In this document: piece by piece, positions 21,706 to 34,363 of the stretch
Layout of the letters: each line of letters opens with the position of its first letter
How positions within the stretch are numbered: the stretch's first letter is position 1
DNA from: Eukaryota sp. TZLM1-RC
Lineage: Eukaryota > Protista > Metamonada: BaSk clade
Assembly: GCA_040285825.1 (NCBI GenBank)
Contig: JAUPSS010000007.1
Span: forward strand, 582,501-646,500
Reading direction: 5' to 3'
Length of the DNA stretch: 64,000 nt
The notes under the pieces: model-generated
Told to the model about the DNA's origin: nothing
Database searches by the model: none
The model's input: only the letters and a program-made list of their open reading frames with translations
Position numbers and translations under genes: made by a program

Positions 21706-23952
21706 ATGACCCACAAACTAGGTGATGATAAGCTCTCATGTGACTGTTCTACTTCATGTTCCTCAAAAGTACAAAATACTCAAGGTTTTGTCTCTCATCT
21801 CGATCATCTGTCCGTTACTCAAGTCACACAACAATCAACCGCAAGGTCAATCACCCCTTCACAAACCGTTCTCGATGTTTCTCACATAGATGTGCCAGAA
21901 TTCACTGACCTCTCTACCACACATCAAACTCCCCTTTCATTCTCTTCCCTTTCCTGCACTCCCTTGATTTCCCTCGATTCCAAGTTTGGTGTCAAGTCCA
22001 TATCAAGCAGTGGAAATCATACCCTCCTCCTCACTTATTCTGGGGAGGTTTATGGTTGGGGGGATAATGATCACGGTAAAGTTCTTTATAATGGACCTTC
22101 AAGGATCAAATCACCCATCAAGTTACCATTAACTAACATTGTAACCATTTCAGCTTGCTGTGATCATTCCCTTGCCATTTCTTCTGAAGGTAAGTTATAT
22201 GGTTGGGGATGGAATGATGATAATCGAATCTCCACATCAGAAGGGCAATCACTACCAATTACACTAATCAACATTCCTTATAACATTAATGAAGTTTATG
22301 GTGGTGATGGTTATTCATTTGCTTTGACCCAAGAAGGTAAAGTTGTTAAATGGGGAGATTGTGAATCATTTAAACTACTAGAAGAATTAAATAGTATTGT
22401 TTTAATTTCTGTCTATGGTGATTCTTTTGTTGCACTCAATGGAAATGGTGAATTCTTCTACTTTGACTCTGAATGTGATTGTTGTAGAAAGGTACCTTTG
22501 ACCAATTGCTTTTCTCCAATAGAACCATTTAGGGGCTGCCTTTTATTTAATGGTGATTTTCTTTTCGTTATTGACTTCAATGGTGATGTTTGGAGGTTTG
22601 ACAAGGGTGATGATGTTCCTTTTAATCACAAACCCACTAAAGTTTTAGGGTTGAATAATATAGTTTCTATTAGTGGTTATTTCTGTCAATATCTGGACCG
22701 TGTTTATTCTGCCATTGATAATAATGGTAAAGTTTTTGTTTGGGGTCAATTGAGTGCAATCAGTGAATTATATGAAGATAGAGATGAACCAATAGGCATA
22801 GAAGCTCTCACTAATATAGAAGGTATTTCTCTAGGTGAAGACTTCCTTTTCGCCTTCAACAAAAACACTGTTTGGGCTTGGGGAAGGAACGATATAGGTC
22901 AATTAGGTACAGGTGATTTGATTGATCGACCACAACCTGTCAAAATATTTGGTTCTGAAATTCTTGGCAGTTTTCAATATCCAAAGCAGCCTTTGGATAG
23001 CATGTTTAGTGGTCTAATTAAGCTTGTTTATTGGGAATACTTACAGTATTTGCAAGAGCTCTTTGGTAATCATCCATATGTTAAAGCAAGATTTTACACC
23101 AAATGTGGTATTAGTAAAAGGGTAGCTCAATTTGCTAAAGAAGTGTTTAATGATCATCAACTACAAAATAAGATATTTTTAGAAGATCCTGAAGACTTAA
23201 CTTTGAACGAAAATATTTGTGACTTACAATTGCGATTATCTGCCGATTATGGTGGTCCCAGTGTAATCAATACTAGAATTAAAACACTTGATCTTTACTA
23301 TGATTGGGTTGATTATGATCCTGAAATATTGTCATCTTTCCCAAATGTTGAGGTTGTCAGGCTTGGTGGAAGGTGGATATTTGATGAAGAGCCTCAAAAT
23401 TTGACGCATTTATCAAATCTCAAATGTCTTGACCTTGCTTTTGATTTTGAGGTAGAACAATTACCCAGTTCACTAGTGAAGTTAGTGCTTAAAAATGACC
23501 ATATCAACTTTGCTGATTTAAGCTACCTTTCATCACTTAAAGAATTAGTGGTGTTATTTGGTAATTCATACAGTATAATGAAAGGAAAAATACCTCTACC
23601 TCACTCTATTGTTAGATTGGATATTTGGATGGAAAAGCCGGTTAAGATTCAAATACAAATACCAAACTTGAAGGAATTAATTATTCATGACATTGTTCCT
23701 ACCAATATCACTGAACAAAACTTTCCTTCTCTGAAATTCGTTCAATTTATTGGACCTGATAAAGACAGTCTGTCTAATTCTCCCCTCTCTCCAACAAAAC
23801 TTATTAATCAAGGTTTAATTAAATCTGTTAAACTAACCATGAATGAATATTTGGTTGAATTGTCTGGTTTTCTATGGTGGATTCAGTATCCGGCTGAAAG
23901 GTTTTTGATTGATGTTTTTCGTGACAAACAAGATAAAATCTATAAAACCTAG
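21706..23952 (+). CDS. RCC1/BLIP-II-repeat protein with an LRR-like C-terminal region
   Basis: Repeats HTLLLTYSGEVYGWGDNDHG, HSLAISSEGKLYGWGWN and VWAWGRNDIGQLGTGD; C-terminal LPSSLVKLVL / LSSLKEL repeats. First ATG is at 21706. Confidence 0.85.
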   Translation: MTHKLGDDKLSCDCSTSCSSKVQNTQGFVSHLDHLSVTQVTQQSTARSITPSQTVLDVSHIDVPEFTDLSTTHQTPLSFSSLSCTPLISLDSKFGVKSISSSGNHTLLLTYSGEVYGWGDNDHGKVLYNGPSRIKSPIKLPLTNIVTISACCDHSLAISSEGKLYGWGWNDDNRISTSEGQSLPITLINIPYNINEVYGGDGYSFALTQEGKVVKWGDCESFKLLEELNSIVLISVYGDSFVALNGNGEFFYFDSECDCCRKVPLTNCFSPIEPFRGCLLFNGDFLFVIDFNGDVWRFDKGDDVPFNHKPTKVLGLNNIVSISGYFCQYLDRVYSAIDNNGKVFVWGQLSAISELYEDRDEPIGIEALTNIEGISLGEDFLFAFNKNTVWAWGRNDIGQLGTGDLIDRPQPVKIFGSEILGSFQYPKQPLDSMFSGLIKLVYWEYLQYLQELFGNHPYVKARFYTKCGISKRVAQFAKEVFNDHQLQNKIFLEDPEDLTLNENICDLQLRLSADYGGPSVINTRIKTLDLYYDWVDYDPEILSSFPNVEVVRLGGRWIFDEEPQNLTHLSNLKCLDLAFDFEVEQLPSSLVKLVLKNDHINFADLSYLSSLKELVVLFGNSYSIMKGKIPLPHSIVRLDIWMEKPVKIQIQIPNLKELIIHDIVPTNITEQNFPSLKFVQFIGPDKDSLSNSPLSPTKLINQGLIKSVKLTMNEYLVELSGFLWWIQYPAERFLIDVFRDKQDKIYKT

Positions 23953-25039
23953 TTGAAAATAAATTATTTGATTCTGTTTTTGTTTTGTGATTGTTTTACT
24001 TAGATTATCTGAGATGCTTCTTCCTTATACCAGAGTTAGATTCAATCTCACACATTCGCAATCCCTTAATATGGCCCAAATTTTGAAGCCATTGTTGTAT
24101 TTGCCAACAAAATTTCACCACAATTTGACAAATGACTCTCGAAATTGATGTGTCGTACCTGGCATTAAATGTAGGTAATTCAGTTTCAGTTCTCACACCA
24201 ACTGACAGCAACTGTAAGCAATTTGTTAAGGTATTTTTACGGTATGTTGTTGAAAAGTAGAACATGTTCTTTTATCAACAAAGACCTACAAAAACAAAGG
24301 TTTTTTGGCTCAGTTTCTTTGTTGTACATAATTGATGAGTTTACATTAGGTAAACGTAACATTTATCCAGAAATTTTCTGCTGCTTCATCAATAATGTCA
24401 ACTGCAATTTATCTTCCACAATGTTCAAGAATCTTTAACAATCTTTAGGAATGTAACTGAAATGAATAGAATTGTTCAAGCGTGAAGAATTTAAATCTTA
24501 TTGCACATAAAGGCAAGAAACATCTCAAAGAACAAAGCAATCGAAAAATATTACCAATCATACGAATTTTGGACATTGGTTAAAGTTTATAAGCGTGATC
24601 AGTTTTGAAGACAATTCTCTAAATATTAAACCTCAGTGAAGAGTTCAGACCTTTTGCTCTCACAGACAATATGGATTCATAAGAAATTGAAGGAAATGGT
24701 GAATGATAATTGGGTTGAGAGTTTTGATGAATCTATTGTCAAGAATGTTTTTATAGTTTGTTTCAATGTTTTAAATGAAACGATGCAAAACGAAACATTT
24801 AATTATAATTCAACAAATAATGACATAAAGTTTGTGGCAATTTGGTCAATGCAGAATCGAGATAATAATGGCCTGCAATCGAGATACTATCAGTGCTCTA
24901 AATCCATTCCGTTTAAAATATGAAAAATGACATTATTCTGATTGGAACCATAATCTCAGGTTAGATGAAAACAGTTTCAAACACATTGTCACTGAACTCA
25001 GCTGTAATTTTTATTATTAATATTAATATTATTACAATA

Positions 25040-26412
25040 AATTTATTTATATTTACTACGTAATTACAAAACAAAACAAACTTAAACACATAAGAAACAA
25101 AATTCTCCAGACCAAATCTTGAAGAATCCTTGTACAGCTTGGACCCAATTAAATTTAAATACTTGGGAATACTTCTATACAAAGCAAAAATGACACGATT
25201 CTTTCATAAATACCCAGCAAAATTCTTACCATTTGAACGACAAAGAATATCAAAATCATTGAGCAAAACCAAACCAGACTGATCAATATTACCAAAAATC
25301 GAGAAGGCAAAAGGAACAAACGAAGACTTCGAGTAAAGGTTCTTATTTAAATCATTCAATAGCTCAACATATTTGTCTCGTTTACGAACCTCAGCCTTGT
25401 TTAAATGACCATAAGAATTAAGTAAAACATCATCACGATAAATAAAAGCAAAGGGATAATCAGTAGTAAAATCAACAACAAGCCGTGAGGAGCAACAAAA
25501 AGAGCAATTAAATCACCACGACGAGAATCAAACAAATTACTATTGCTATAATGTTTCAACAAGGGTTCTACTTTGGAAATGAAATTGTAACACTTGAAAA
25601 ATTCGAAGGTCACATCACCAACAGCATTTTGAAGAACTGACCGCTATTGAAGAAACTTTTTACAAGTCACAATATGACAGAAAATGGCAGACGGTTTTTT
25701 ATGCAAATACAAGTAGAATTATCTAAAAGTCCACTTGGATACAGCCCTAATCTCAAACGCATGTTTTGTTTCCAAGCTTCATTTGTTAAGTGAAGACCAA
25801 ATGGCTTTGGTTGCTGAGAAATTAAACTAGTGCAATTTTGGATGTCTGACAAAAAGGCAGCAAAGACGGTATTATTAATCTTTGTTACATTATGTTGTTT
25901 AGAAACATCCCGGTCTTCAAATCCAGTTAAAACAGACTAATGTAATTTCACAACAGCAAGATGAAGATTAGACACAGATCTCGAAGGTACAGAAGGCAAA
26001 CTTGTAGGAAAACATTTATTCCACTTATCAAAAGGTAGTTCCAGCACCATGTTTTCGAGAGACTTCAATAAAGGATGTGATTCATTCAAAGAAATTTCAT
26101 CAAACAAATTTCCAATCAAATAGAAAATTTGTCATACCACCAATGAAAACAGTTTTGCATAAATATTCTGCTTTTGAAAAACCAACTCCACCACATTTAG
26201 GACTAAAAATGCTTGATAAGGAATTTTTGACGGACATATTGCCACCAAATTACCTAAAATATTGGATTTCAAAGCATTAAATCGACGTGCAAAATCATGT
26301 GAAATTGTAGGGGATAAAAAACGAAGAAGGTGATTAATTTTTGATCCAAAACACACATTCTGGACCGAAAACGCTAAATGCTTGTCAATTTTCAACTCTT
26401 AAATAGCTAAAA
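25040..26412 (-). mobile_element. CRE-like non-LTR family D, degenerate 3' half
   Basis: KINHLLR, GGVGF, NMRLRLG..CIC, EPLL..RRGDL, FVPFAFSIFG, NRVIFALY; TTATTATT tracts flank both ends. Confidence 0.8.
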
Positions 26413-26556
26413 GTTATTATTATTATTATTCAAATTCTCGAAAAGATTCTACTGACATTCTGATGACTTCTACTCAACAACCAAAGTTTTGTGTTTCATC
26501 ATCATCAGTAGTAAACATCATTGAACAACTGTGGATAGCTGCGTTGAAAAGTATTT

Positions 26557-27576
26557 TTGAGGGAATTAAATCATGAACAAATATTTGATCCAAAAATAGA
26601 ACTTTCTGGATCTGGAAAATCATTCAAAACTTCACAATACACATCTGATTGCCACATTACTGCTTTAATGTCACATACACTGGACGTAGAGGATTGGATT
26701 GAGCTTTCCAACTTTTATCTATTTGACTGTGAACCGAACGAAGCCGCAGAGAAGGGACTGAAGTGTGTCGCTCTCCTCTGTGAGAATGCCCCTGCTTCCA
26801 AAATGCTGATTGATCTTGTCAAATTCTGTAGCATGGCGTTTTATGACAACGCACACATTCATCACCGACTTAATCTTATATTGGAGAATGAACAAGTACA
26901 TACTGTAGTGAGCTCCATGAAACACAACTATAAAAGGGCAATTGCGATAGCAAATCGACTGAAGAAGCGATTGACAGGACCCCACATACTTTCACGCCTT
27001 CAAGATGAATATCTATCATACGGACTGTTCTATAACCTTGCATATTGTAGCAGTAGTGATGTTATGGATACTCATACATTCAAGCAACTTCTCTCTTGGC
27101 ATTCTCTACACTGTCGGTTAGTGTATCCGATCTGGAATTACTGCTTCTCTAATTTCATTAAGAACTACGGTGTAGAATACTCCACCATGCTCACTGATGA
27201 ACTGATTGATGTTCCCGTTACTCTACTCACAGTGTTTCTCTCCATTCTCTCAAATTATAAGCAATGTAATGCACCTATCAGTGGTGCACCTAAGGTCATT
27301 GGAACAGCTGTTGATGTCTTTGATCAAACAATAACGTTGAGCCTTTATGAGCTTCACACCTCCAGTTTTCGTGCCATTCTCTTGTTTTTGTGCTTGTGCT
27401 CCTTTTGCATTGATCTCTCCACATTCCAAGTAGTTCTCCGTGAGCCTGCAAGGTACTCAGAATGGGAGGTTTTGAACCTATTCAAAACACTTCATTCAAA
27501 GTTTAGGGAAGATGAGCAATTTTATGACCTTTTGAGTAATCATGTGGCAAATAATTTGTGCACACATTGTAAGTGA
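26557..27576 (+). CDS. Hypothetical protein (N-terminus probably disrupted)
   Basis: 339-codon open frame with host-like composition; no motif recognised. Confidence 0.45.
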   Translation: MRELNHEQIFDPKIELSGSGKSFKTSQYTSDCHITALMSHTLDVEDWIELSNFYLFDCEPNEAAEKGLKCVALLCENAPASKMLIDLVKFCSMAFYDNAHIHHRLNLILENEQVHTVVSSMKHNYKRAIAIANRLKKRLTGPHILSRLQDEYLSYGLFYNLAYCSSSDVMDTHTFKQLLSWHSLHCRLVYPIWNYCFSNFIKNYGVEYSTMLTDELIDVPVTLLTVFLSILSNYKQCNAPISGAPKVIGTAVDVFDQTITLSLYELHTSSFRAILLFLCLCSFCIDLSTFQVVLREPARYSEWEVLNLFKTLHSKFREDEQFYDLLSNHVANNLCTHCK

Positions 27577-28598
27577 CGATGTATTTAATCTTTGTGTATA
27601 ATATAATTGTATATGGTTTGTTTTTTAAAAAATTTAATTGCCAATTGATATTTATCACATCTTGTGGTCTGTACTTCCATCAGAAACATTGTTACAAAAT
27701 CATCCAAAAGTTTATGATGCAAATGTACATAGGCTTATGCCAACCATCTTTGTGCAAATTACTAAGAAGTAAATACAAATGAAATAGATCAATAGACAAC
27801 TCCTTTTCGCAGTGACACAACACATCTTCTGAGAGGTGACATCATCAGTAAAGACAATATTAAGTTTGTAGAACCAGCCTAGTTACTGAAAGAACAGTTT
27901 ATAGAAAAGGGAGGAGCTCCTGAATGTCTCAAATGTGCAATAATAATGAAACATGATAATTCCATGAACTATAGTATGTTATTGTCAAAAATATCAAAAG
28001 CCTCGATGAAACAAGTTACGACCTTGTTGGTGTGATAGAGCAGAGTAGATAATTGATTTTGCTTTAGTCTGGTTTTAATAATTGCGACGAATGTTATTGA
28101 CTCAATTTCGATCAGAAATGTACTGTTGTCCACACATTAGTTCTTGTGAAAAGTTGACGCAAACCTTCCCCAAAAAATGAAATTAATATTTAAACAGATG
28201 ACAGATCAATAATTACTTCAATTGAATCACAGAAAATTTTTACGGTTTTTAAAGAGCGTAATTTCATATTGGTCTTTCGTTAAACCCATCATTAATGATT
28301 AGATAATATATGCGAGAAGATACTACTGAAATTTCCATTATTGTGCAGTAGAATTGTTGTTGGTAGGTTCACAGCAATTCTAGAAATGATGACCAAAACA
28401 CTGTTGTTATTAGTGAAAGGGTATAAAAATCGCTGGCTCAAGACATTTGATGAAGTTGATGTGTGTTGGGAATGTTTATTTCTAGCCGTACGTACACTGT
28501 TATGTTTTGGGATTCAATGGTCACATTTACATTCATTTTTTAAAAGAAATAGTGCGAAAACGTACGATTCAAGTAAAAGCAAAACAAATTTTAGATAT

Positions 28599-29584
28599 AA
28601 AAAATTTGGACCAAATGTTTTCCTCAATCAATTCAAGAAATTCCAAACCGATCTCTATTTAATTTACAGTTTTGCTGTAAAAAGCTTCAACAAAAATTGT
28701 CAAAGATTTTTGAAAGCTTGGATTTTGATGTTAGACTTGGCTTGGCCAAGAAAAAGAATCCCGCTTTTGCAAATCTTTTACAAGATATGTGTGACAGTAC
28801 TTCTTCTGCCTTAGTAACAACAATTCCACAAGTTTATGGTACTCTCTTATCCGATTCTGCTTGGACTCTAAATATGAGATTTCGGTCCTTTATCTGGCCT
28901 GATAATTTACCTCATAATTTAATTTGTAAATGTTCTCGAGAAATTACAACTACTCATTTGTTAAATTGTAAACATTTTATTACTTTTAGAAGCAAGGTTC
29001 ATGATGCTGTAAGAGACCAGTTATATTGTATGTGTAAATCTCATAGAATTGAATCCTGAATTGAATGCTGAAAATGATTTTCATAAGAATAATAGAGGTG
29101 ATGTCATATTACCTGGATTAGATGGAAGCTTCATTTTATTGGATGTAATGTCTGTTGATCCTTGTAATGCCTCAAATGAAAGGCTTGTTAATTCTGAAAT
29201 TCATAATCCCCTTTCAAATGCTGAAAATTTTAAATTCAAAAAATACAATGAACTTTTGTCCAAATTGGCCAGTCTACAGCATGCAAAATACAATTTGTAT
29301 CCATTTGTATTTTCCCTTTTTGGTTCACTTGCACCAACTGCTTTACGTTTTTTGGATGATTTTGAAATGATTGTAAAGAGAAGAACTGGCAGAAATTTCA
29401 ACAGATTGTTTTGGCAAAATAGAATTGTGTTTTCTATTTTTAAGGGGATGTTGAAGATGGTTTCTGATGCTTTGCTTTCTCTTGGATCTCACTATGAGAG
29501 AGTTGCATCTAGTGTTTTTGTTTTGGGTGAGATGGATTTTTTAGATGTTGATTTATAGGTTTAGAATAAAATTAAATTTAAAAA
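28599..29584 (+). mobile_element. CRE-like family B, 5'-truncated copy of the defective subfamily
   Basis: Near-identical to 12690-13690, with an A-tail. TSD AAATTTTAGATAT at 28586-28598 and 29585-29597. Confidence 0.92.
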
Positions 29585-29929
29585 AAATTTTAGATATCGA
29601 CCATATAAAATCATAATCAAACTTGAGGGTTTGCTGTTAAAAATCAAACTGATTAATTCTCATATGAAACTGTTTGCAAGATGTCTTGTGAGTTTAAGGT
29701 GGTCGTTTATTTTCTCTTCCTTATTTATTAAATGTTAAATTGGTTTTTGGATGCTAAAATTACCCTCAATCTGAAATCTTATTAAACGTTTATTGTAAAT
29801 TCAGTCAATGTTTGTGATTCATTAGGTTTGACGATAATGACGGTTTTCCCAATAGTTATATCTCATCAGTGAAGAAAATTGAATATGTTCAATTTATTGA
29901 CCTCCAATTTAAGGCAAAAATATCCACAC

Positions 29930-30975
29930 TTGCAGATCAAATTTTGAGACACGTTATCAGGCCAAATGAAACATTAAAGGCCCATGGTGAAAGAAAATGT
30001 GGTATCTGTTTTAAGACCATAAATGTGTAAAAATTGTGTAATGAGACACGAAGAGGAACTGTTTTAAGCTTCAAACAAGATATTTGCGAAAGCGGAATCA
30101 TCGTTTTTGGTCGAGCCAAGAGGAACATTAAAATCCAAGCCTTCCAAAATAATTGTTAATTTTTCTTGCAATTTTTCAACACAATACCTCAAATTGACTA
30201 GTGTTCTAGGTGGTACTTTTTGTACATTATCAGGAAAATTTTGACTCCAAATCCCAAAAAGCAAACAATCATGAACATTTTCAAAGTTTTTCAAATAATA
30301 ATTCATTACAGAATTCAGTAAATCAACATCGTTTGGGTTAAAATTCAAAAAAAATTTCTCTCCACCAGGAAACGCATCTTGACAAAGAATAGACGATTTT
30401 GTGAAATTAATTCCACCAAAGTAAGATGATGAAAATACATGACTCTAAACCAGTTCAGGATTGATATCAATCAAAAATGCAAAATATTTTGTTCTTAAGT
30501 AGTTAAAGGAACGGCAAAACTCACGTGCATTATTTGGAGAAGTTCTTAAAATGTGAATAATTTTTCCTGAGTAACAAATTTTTAAAACAAAATACTGAAT
30601 ATGCTTCTGTACTTCAAATAAAGAAATTGTATCAAGTTCCCAACCAGATTTCAGCAAAAAATTATTAAATCATCAGTTAATTTGGGATCATTTCCAAGCC
30701 AGCATCCTCGGAAACGATAAGCATCTGAAGAATAGTTTACGTCAGGAATTTCAACAGCATCACTAATCAACTATCTATTACATTTCTTATGAGGAGCCAT
30801 TTGTCAACGTTAGGCAAAAGATCAATATTTATGTAAAGAATAGAAGCTTCAAAAACATTTTCATTTAAAACATTTTAAAGGACCAACAATCGAGATATCA
30901 TCCATAAATCCTACAATTTTCAACATTGGATAACGTCTACTAAAATGAAACAAAGAATTGTGAATTGCTGAATAG
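29930..30975 (-). mobile_element. Degenerate CRE-like RT fragment related to families B/C
   Basis: KIVGFMDDISIVG, FRGCWLG, KICYSGKIIHILR, GGINFTKSSILCQ, LRYCVEKLQ. Confidence 0.8.
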
Positions 30976-31404
30976 AATTGTAGTTCCCTAAGGGAATCAT
31001 TTTTGCTTAACTCCAGAAGATGAGAATAGTGTATAAAATTCATTAATTAGTTCATTGGCTTTGCCATAAAACTGCTGAAAAGAACGAAAGTTTAGTCAAC
31101 AAAGAAGTAACATGTCATTTTCAGCACAGTGACAATTATTTTCCCAATGATGCTCTCGAAAAGCATGTTGTGAAGACTCATTTAGAGCACCTTTTTTTGA
31201 ATTTTTCCATGTACCACTGCTCTTCCAATATTACAACTCCCTCTTAGGGCGGATTTCAAACACTGTGCTGAATACTGTGAAAATCACAAAGTGCAGGACT
31301 ATTGTATAGTGGAGTACTTATGAAGAATTATCAAAAATGGGAAAAAAGTGTTTCCTCAGCACGAAATCCAACTGCTAAAATCGGCAGGTCCTCCTACACT
31401 GATA

Positions 31405-32676
31405 ATGACATCTTCCTCTTCAGACTCTCGGTCTGCATTAGACGCACACATTATTCGCAAATATGAAGTCCTGAACCTTCTTGGTAAGGGAGCGTTTGTC
31501 CTTCTCTACATTCTTCTTATTCAAGTTATGGCTTAGTGTGGAAAGTTACTGATAAGAAAACTGGCCAACTTCTTGCTCTGAAGAAGATCTTTGATGCTTT
31601 CCAAAATGATACTGACGGTTGGTTTATCTCATTTCACTTTTCATCCTAGCACAACGCACCTTTCGTGAAATCATGTTTCTTCAGCAACTGAACCATCCCA
31701 ACATTGTCAGGCTTCTCAACGTTCTCAAAGCTGACAATGACTATGATATTTATCTCGTCTTTGACTACCTCGGTATCGTCTCTCCCGTCCTCTCCTCACC
31801 ATAGAAACAGACCTTCACACAGTCATTAGATCTAACATCCTTGAACCCATCCACAAACAATACATCACCTTTCAAATCATCAGAGCTCTCAGATACATCC
31901 ACTCTGGTAAGCTTATCCATCGCGACATGAAACCTTCGAATGTGCTACTAAACGCCGATTGTACAGTTAAACTTGCTGACTTTGGTCTCGCTCGTTCTCT
32001 TGCTTCAACGCCTTCGGGAAGAGTCCCTATTCTGACAGACTATGTAGCCACTAGGTGGTACAGATCCCCCGAGATTTTGCTGGGGAGTAGTAACTATAGC
32101 GAAGGGGCTGATATGTGGGCTGTTGGGTGCATTTTAGCCGAAATTCTGCTTGGTGAGCCTGTTTTTCCAGGAAAGTCTACAATGAATCAACTGTCGATGA
32201 TTGCAGGTTTGATTGGACCACCTTCCGAAGAAGATATTGCCTCAATGAAGAGTCAGTATGCCGCATCAATGCTACGTACATTGACGACTGTGCGGAAAGT
32301 GCCAATGGAGGTTCGGTTCCCCAACGCCCCAGTGGAAGCCATTGATTTAATGAAGAAATTAATTGTTTTTAATCCAACGAAAAGGTTATCCGCTGTGGAA
32401 GCAATGAAGCATCCTTTTGTCTCCATCTTTAATAACTCCCTAGAAGATATTGTTTATGAAGGTGATATCAAAATTTCCATGGACGATAATAGACGATATA
32501 ATCTTGAAGAGTATAGGACTAAATTATATGCAGAAATAGTAGCGAGGAAGAAGGAGATGAGGCGGCTGGCCATGCAGAGACATAAACGACAAGGGGGTAA
32601 TAGTTCGGTGAGGTCTAGAAGTCAGTCTAATGCTATAGGTAGGAGTAATTCGAGGAATAGACAGCAGTGGAAATAG
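31405..32676 (+). CDS. ERK7/MAPK15-like MAP kinase; three 32-nt introns (31494-31525, 31618-31649, 31773-31804)
   Basis: After splicing: [80 protein letters not shown]. Confidence 0.92.
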
Positions 32677-33654
32677 AAGATTTTGTATTTAAGATTAAAA
32701 TAAGGTTTATTGTTGTATTAGTAAATAAACATTTGTTATATATAAATTCAGGGATTAAGTCATTTTTTTTAAAATTTTTGAAGAGTTTGAGTCACCAATG
32801 TATATTATTTTGAATGGTTTAGACATTGTGTGTGTTTGATATTTGTATAAGGCTTGCTATTTTCAACAATTTTTTTCAGAATTTTTGCGTCTAAGTGGTT
32901 AAAATGTATTGAATCAGTTTAAATCAATTGACAAGTCAGGTCGATCTACCAAATTACAACGTGTTTTGACATTGTTTGAGGAATGAATAAATAAAACTAA
33001 AAAACAGAAAACAAAGGGAGATCAACAATAGATTTGATGTAATAAGTTGTCAAGATAAGGTATTAGAACAGTGGGAAAGAAACCATTTCAAAAAATGCAA
33101 TTACCAAAACAATAACGAGTAATTTTCAGAATCAGATCCAAGGAACATTTCTACAAGGTTAAAGAATGGCATACCCTTGAATCAATTTCATTAGCTTTCA
33201 ATTCAAAAGGTTAAATAGTAGATTAAATAACGAAATTCAATAGATTTGTTTTCATTTTTGTATGTGGTGACTTCTTATCTTCAATTAATGGTAATTATTG
33301 TTTTGCAGGAAAAAAACTAGACTAAGAAAGATTAGGCATTTGTTTACAACAATGAATTACAGGAACAAATGTTTTCAATGAAAACCAATCGAAAAAACAT
33401 CAATTTCAAATGAATTTTAAGTCTACTGCATTGAATTTATTGATATTCTGTTATTTCAGTAAAATTTGTCTTCTACATAACCACTCTGTTTTTCTATTAG
33501 TTACAAATGTGAATTCATCCAAAGTTTTTTTGTGTTTCACTAATAATTTGATGATTATTATCCTAATTTCATTTATTGTTCTGTAACAGTTCCAATTACG
33601 ATTATTTGGGTCCGAACTTCACTGTTTTCACTCATTGCCATCCACTCTTGTTCA

Positions 33655-34274
33655 ATGATGGAACTTATTCAGCAATTCGAAAGAACTATCTTTCACTTTG
33701 TAGGTCCTGTTGTTCAAGAACAGTTTTTGTTTATAGACGAAGTGTCGTTTCAACGAAATGACTTCATTCGGACACAAGGTTGGTCACCAAAGGGTTGTCC
33801 AATAGTTGTGGAGAGTCTATCAACTAAGTATAGTCAGATCTCAGCATGTGTAGCGATAGATGTGAACGGTTATGTTCATTCGCACATACAGGAGGGTCAC
33901 TTTGACCGACATCAGTTCATTGGCTTCTTGCGTTCACTTCTTCGTTTAGGCTTTTTGAGCACAAGAGGTGGCCCTCGTAGCTGTATTGTCTTGGATGGTT
34001 GTCGGATCCACATCTATCAACTGATATCTGAAGCATTACTTACTGCCCAGAGCAAAATCCCATCGAAACCTTTTTTGGCTCCTTCAAAAAAACTGTTCGA
34101 AGGTTGACGCAGTACTACAGCGATCTTGATCAAATTCAACTCCTCAACACAATATTGCATCACCATATGAGGTACAATTGTTACAGGATTTTCTCCAATT
34201 CCGGTTGGAAACAGTTTCAAGTTTATCGCTCTCCCTACCTCCTGAAAGAGAAACTAAAGGTGTTTGTAGAATAA
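33655..34274 (+). pseudogene. Second IS630/Tc1 transposase (5'-truncated, small internal deletion causing a frameshift)
   Basis: FIDEVSF, GWSPKG, AIDVNG, EGHFDR, IVLDGCRIH; after the shift YCPEQNPIETFFG...SGWKQFQVYRSPYL. Collinear with the 3-887 transposase. Confidence 0.88.
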
Positions 34275-34363
34275 CAAAGGGTCAAAGAGTCACTATTGAT
34301 AGAAAATAAAGCTTTTTATGTCACTGAAACGAACAAAATCTACACTAAAACGTCATTACATAG

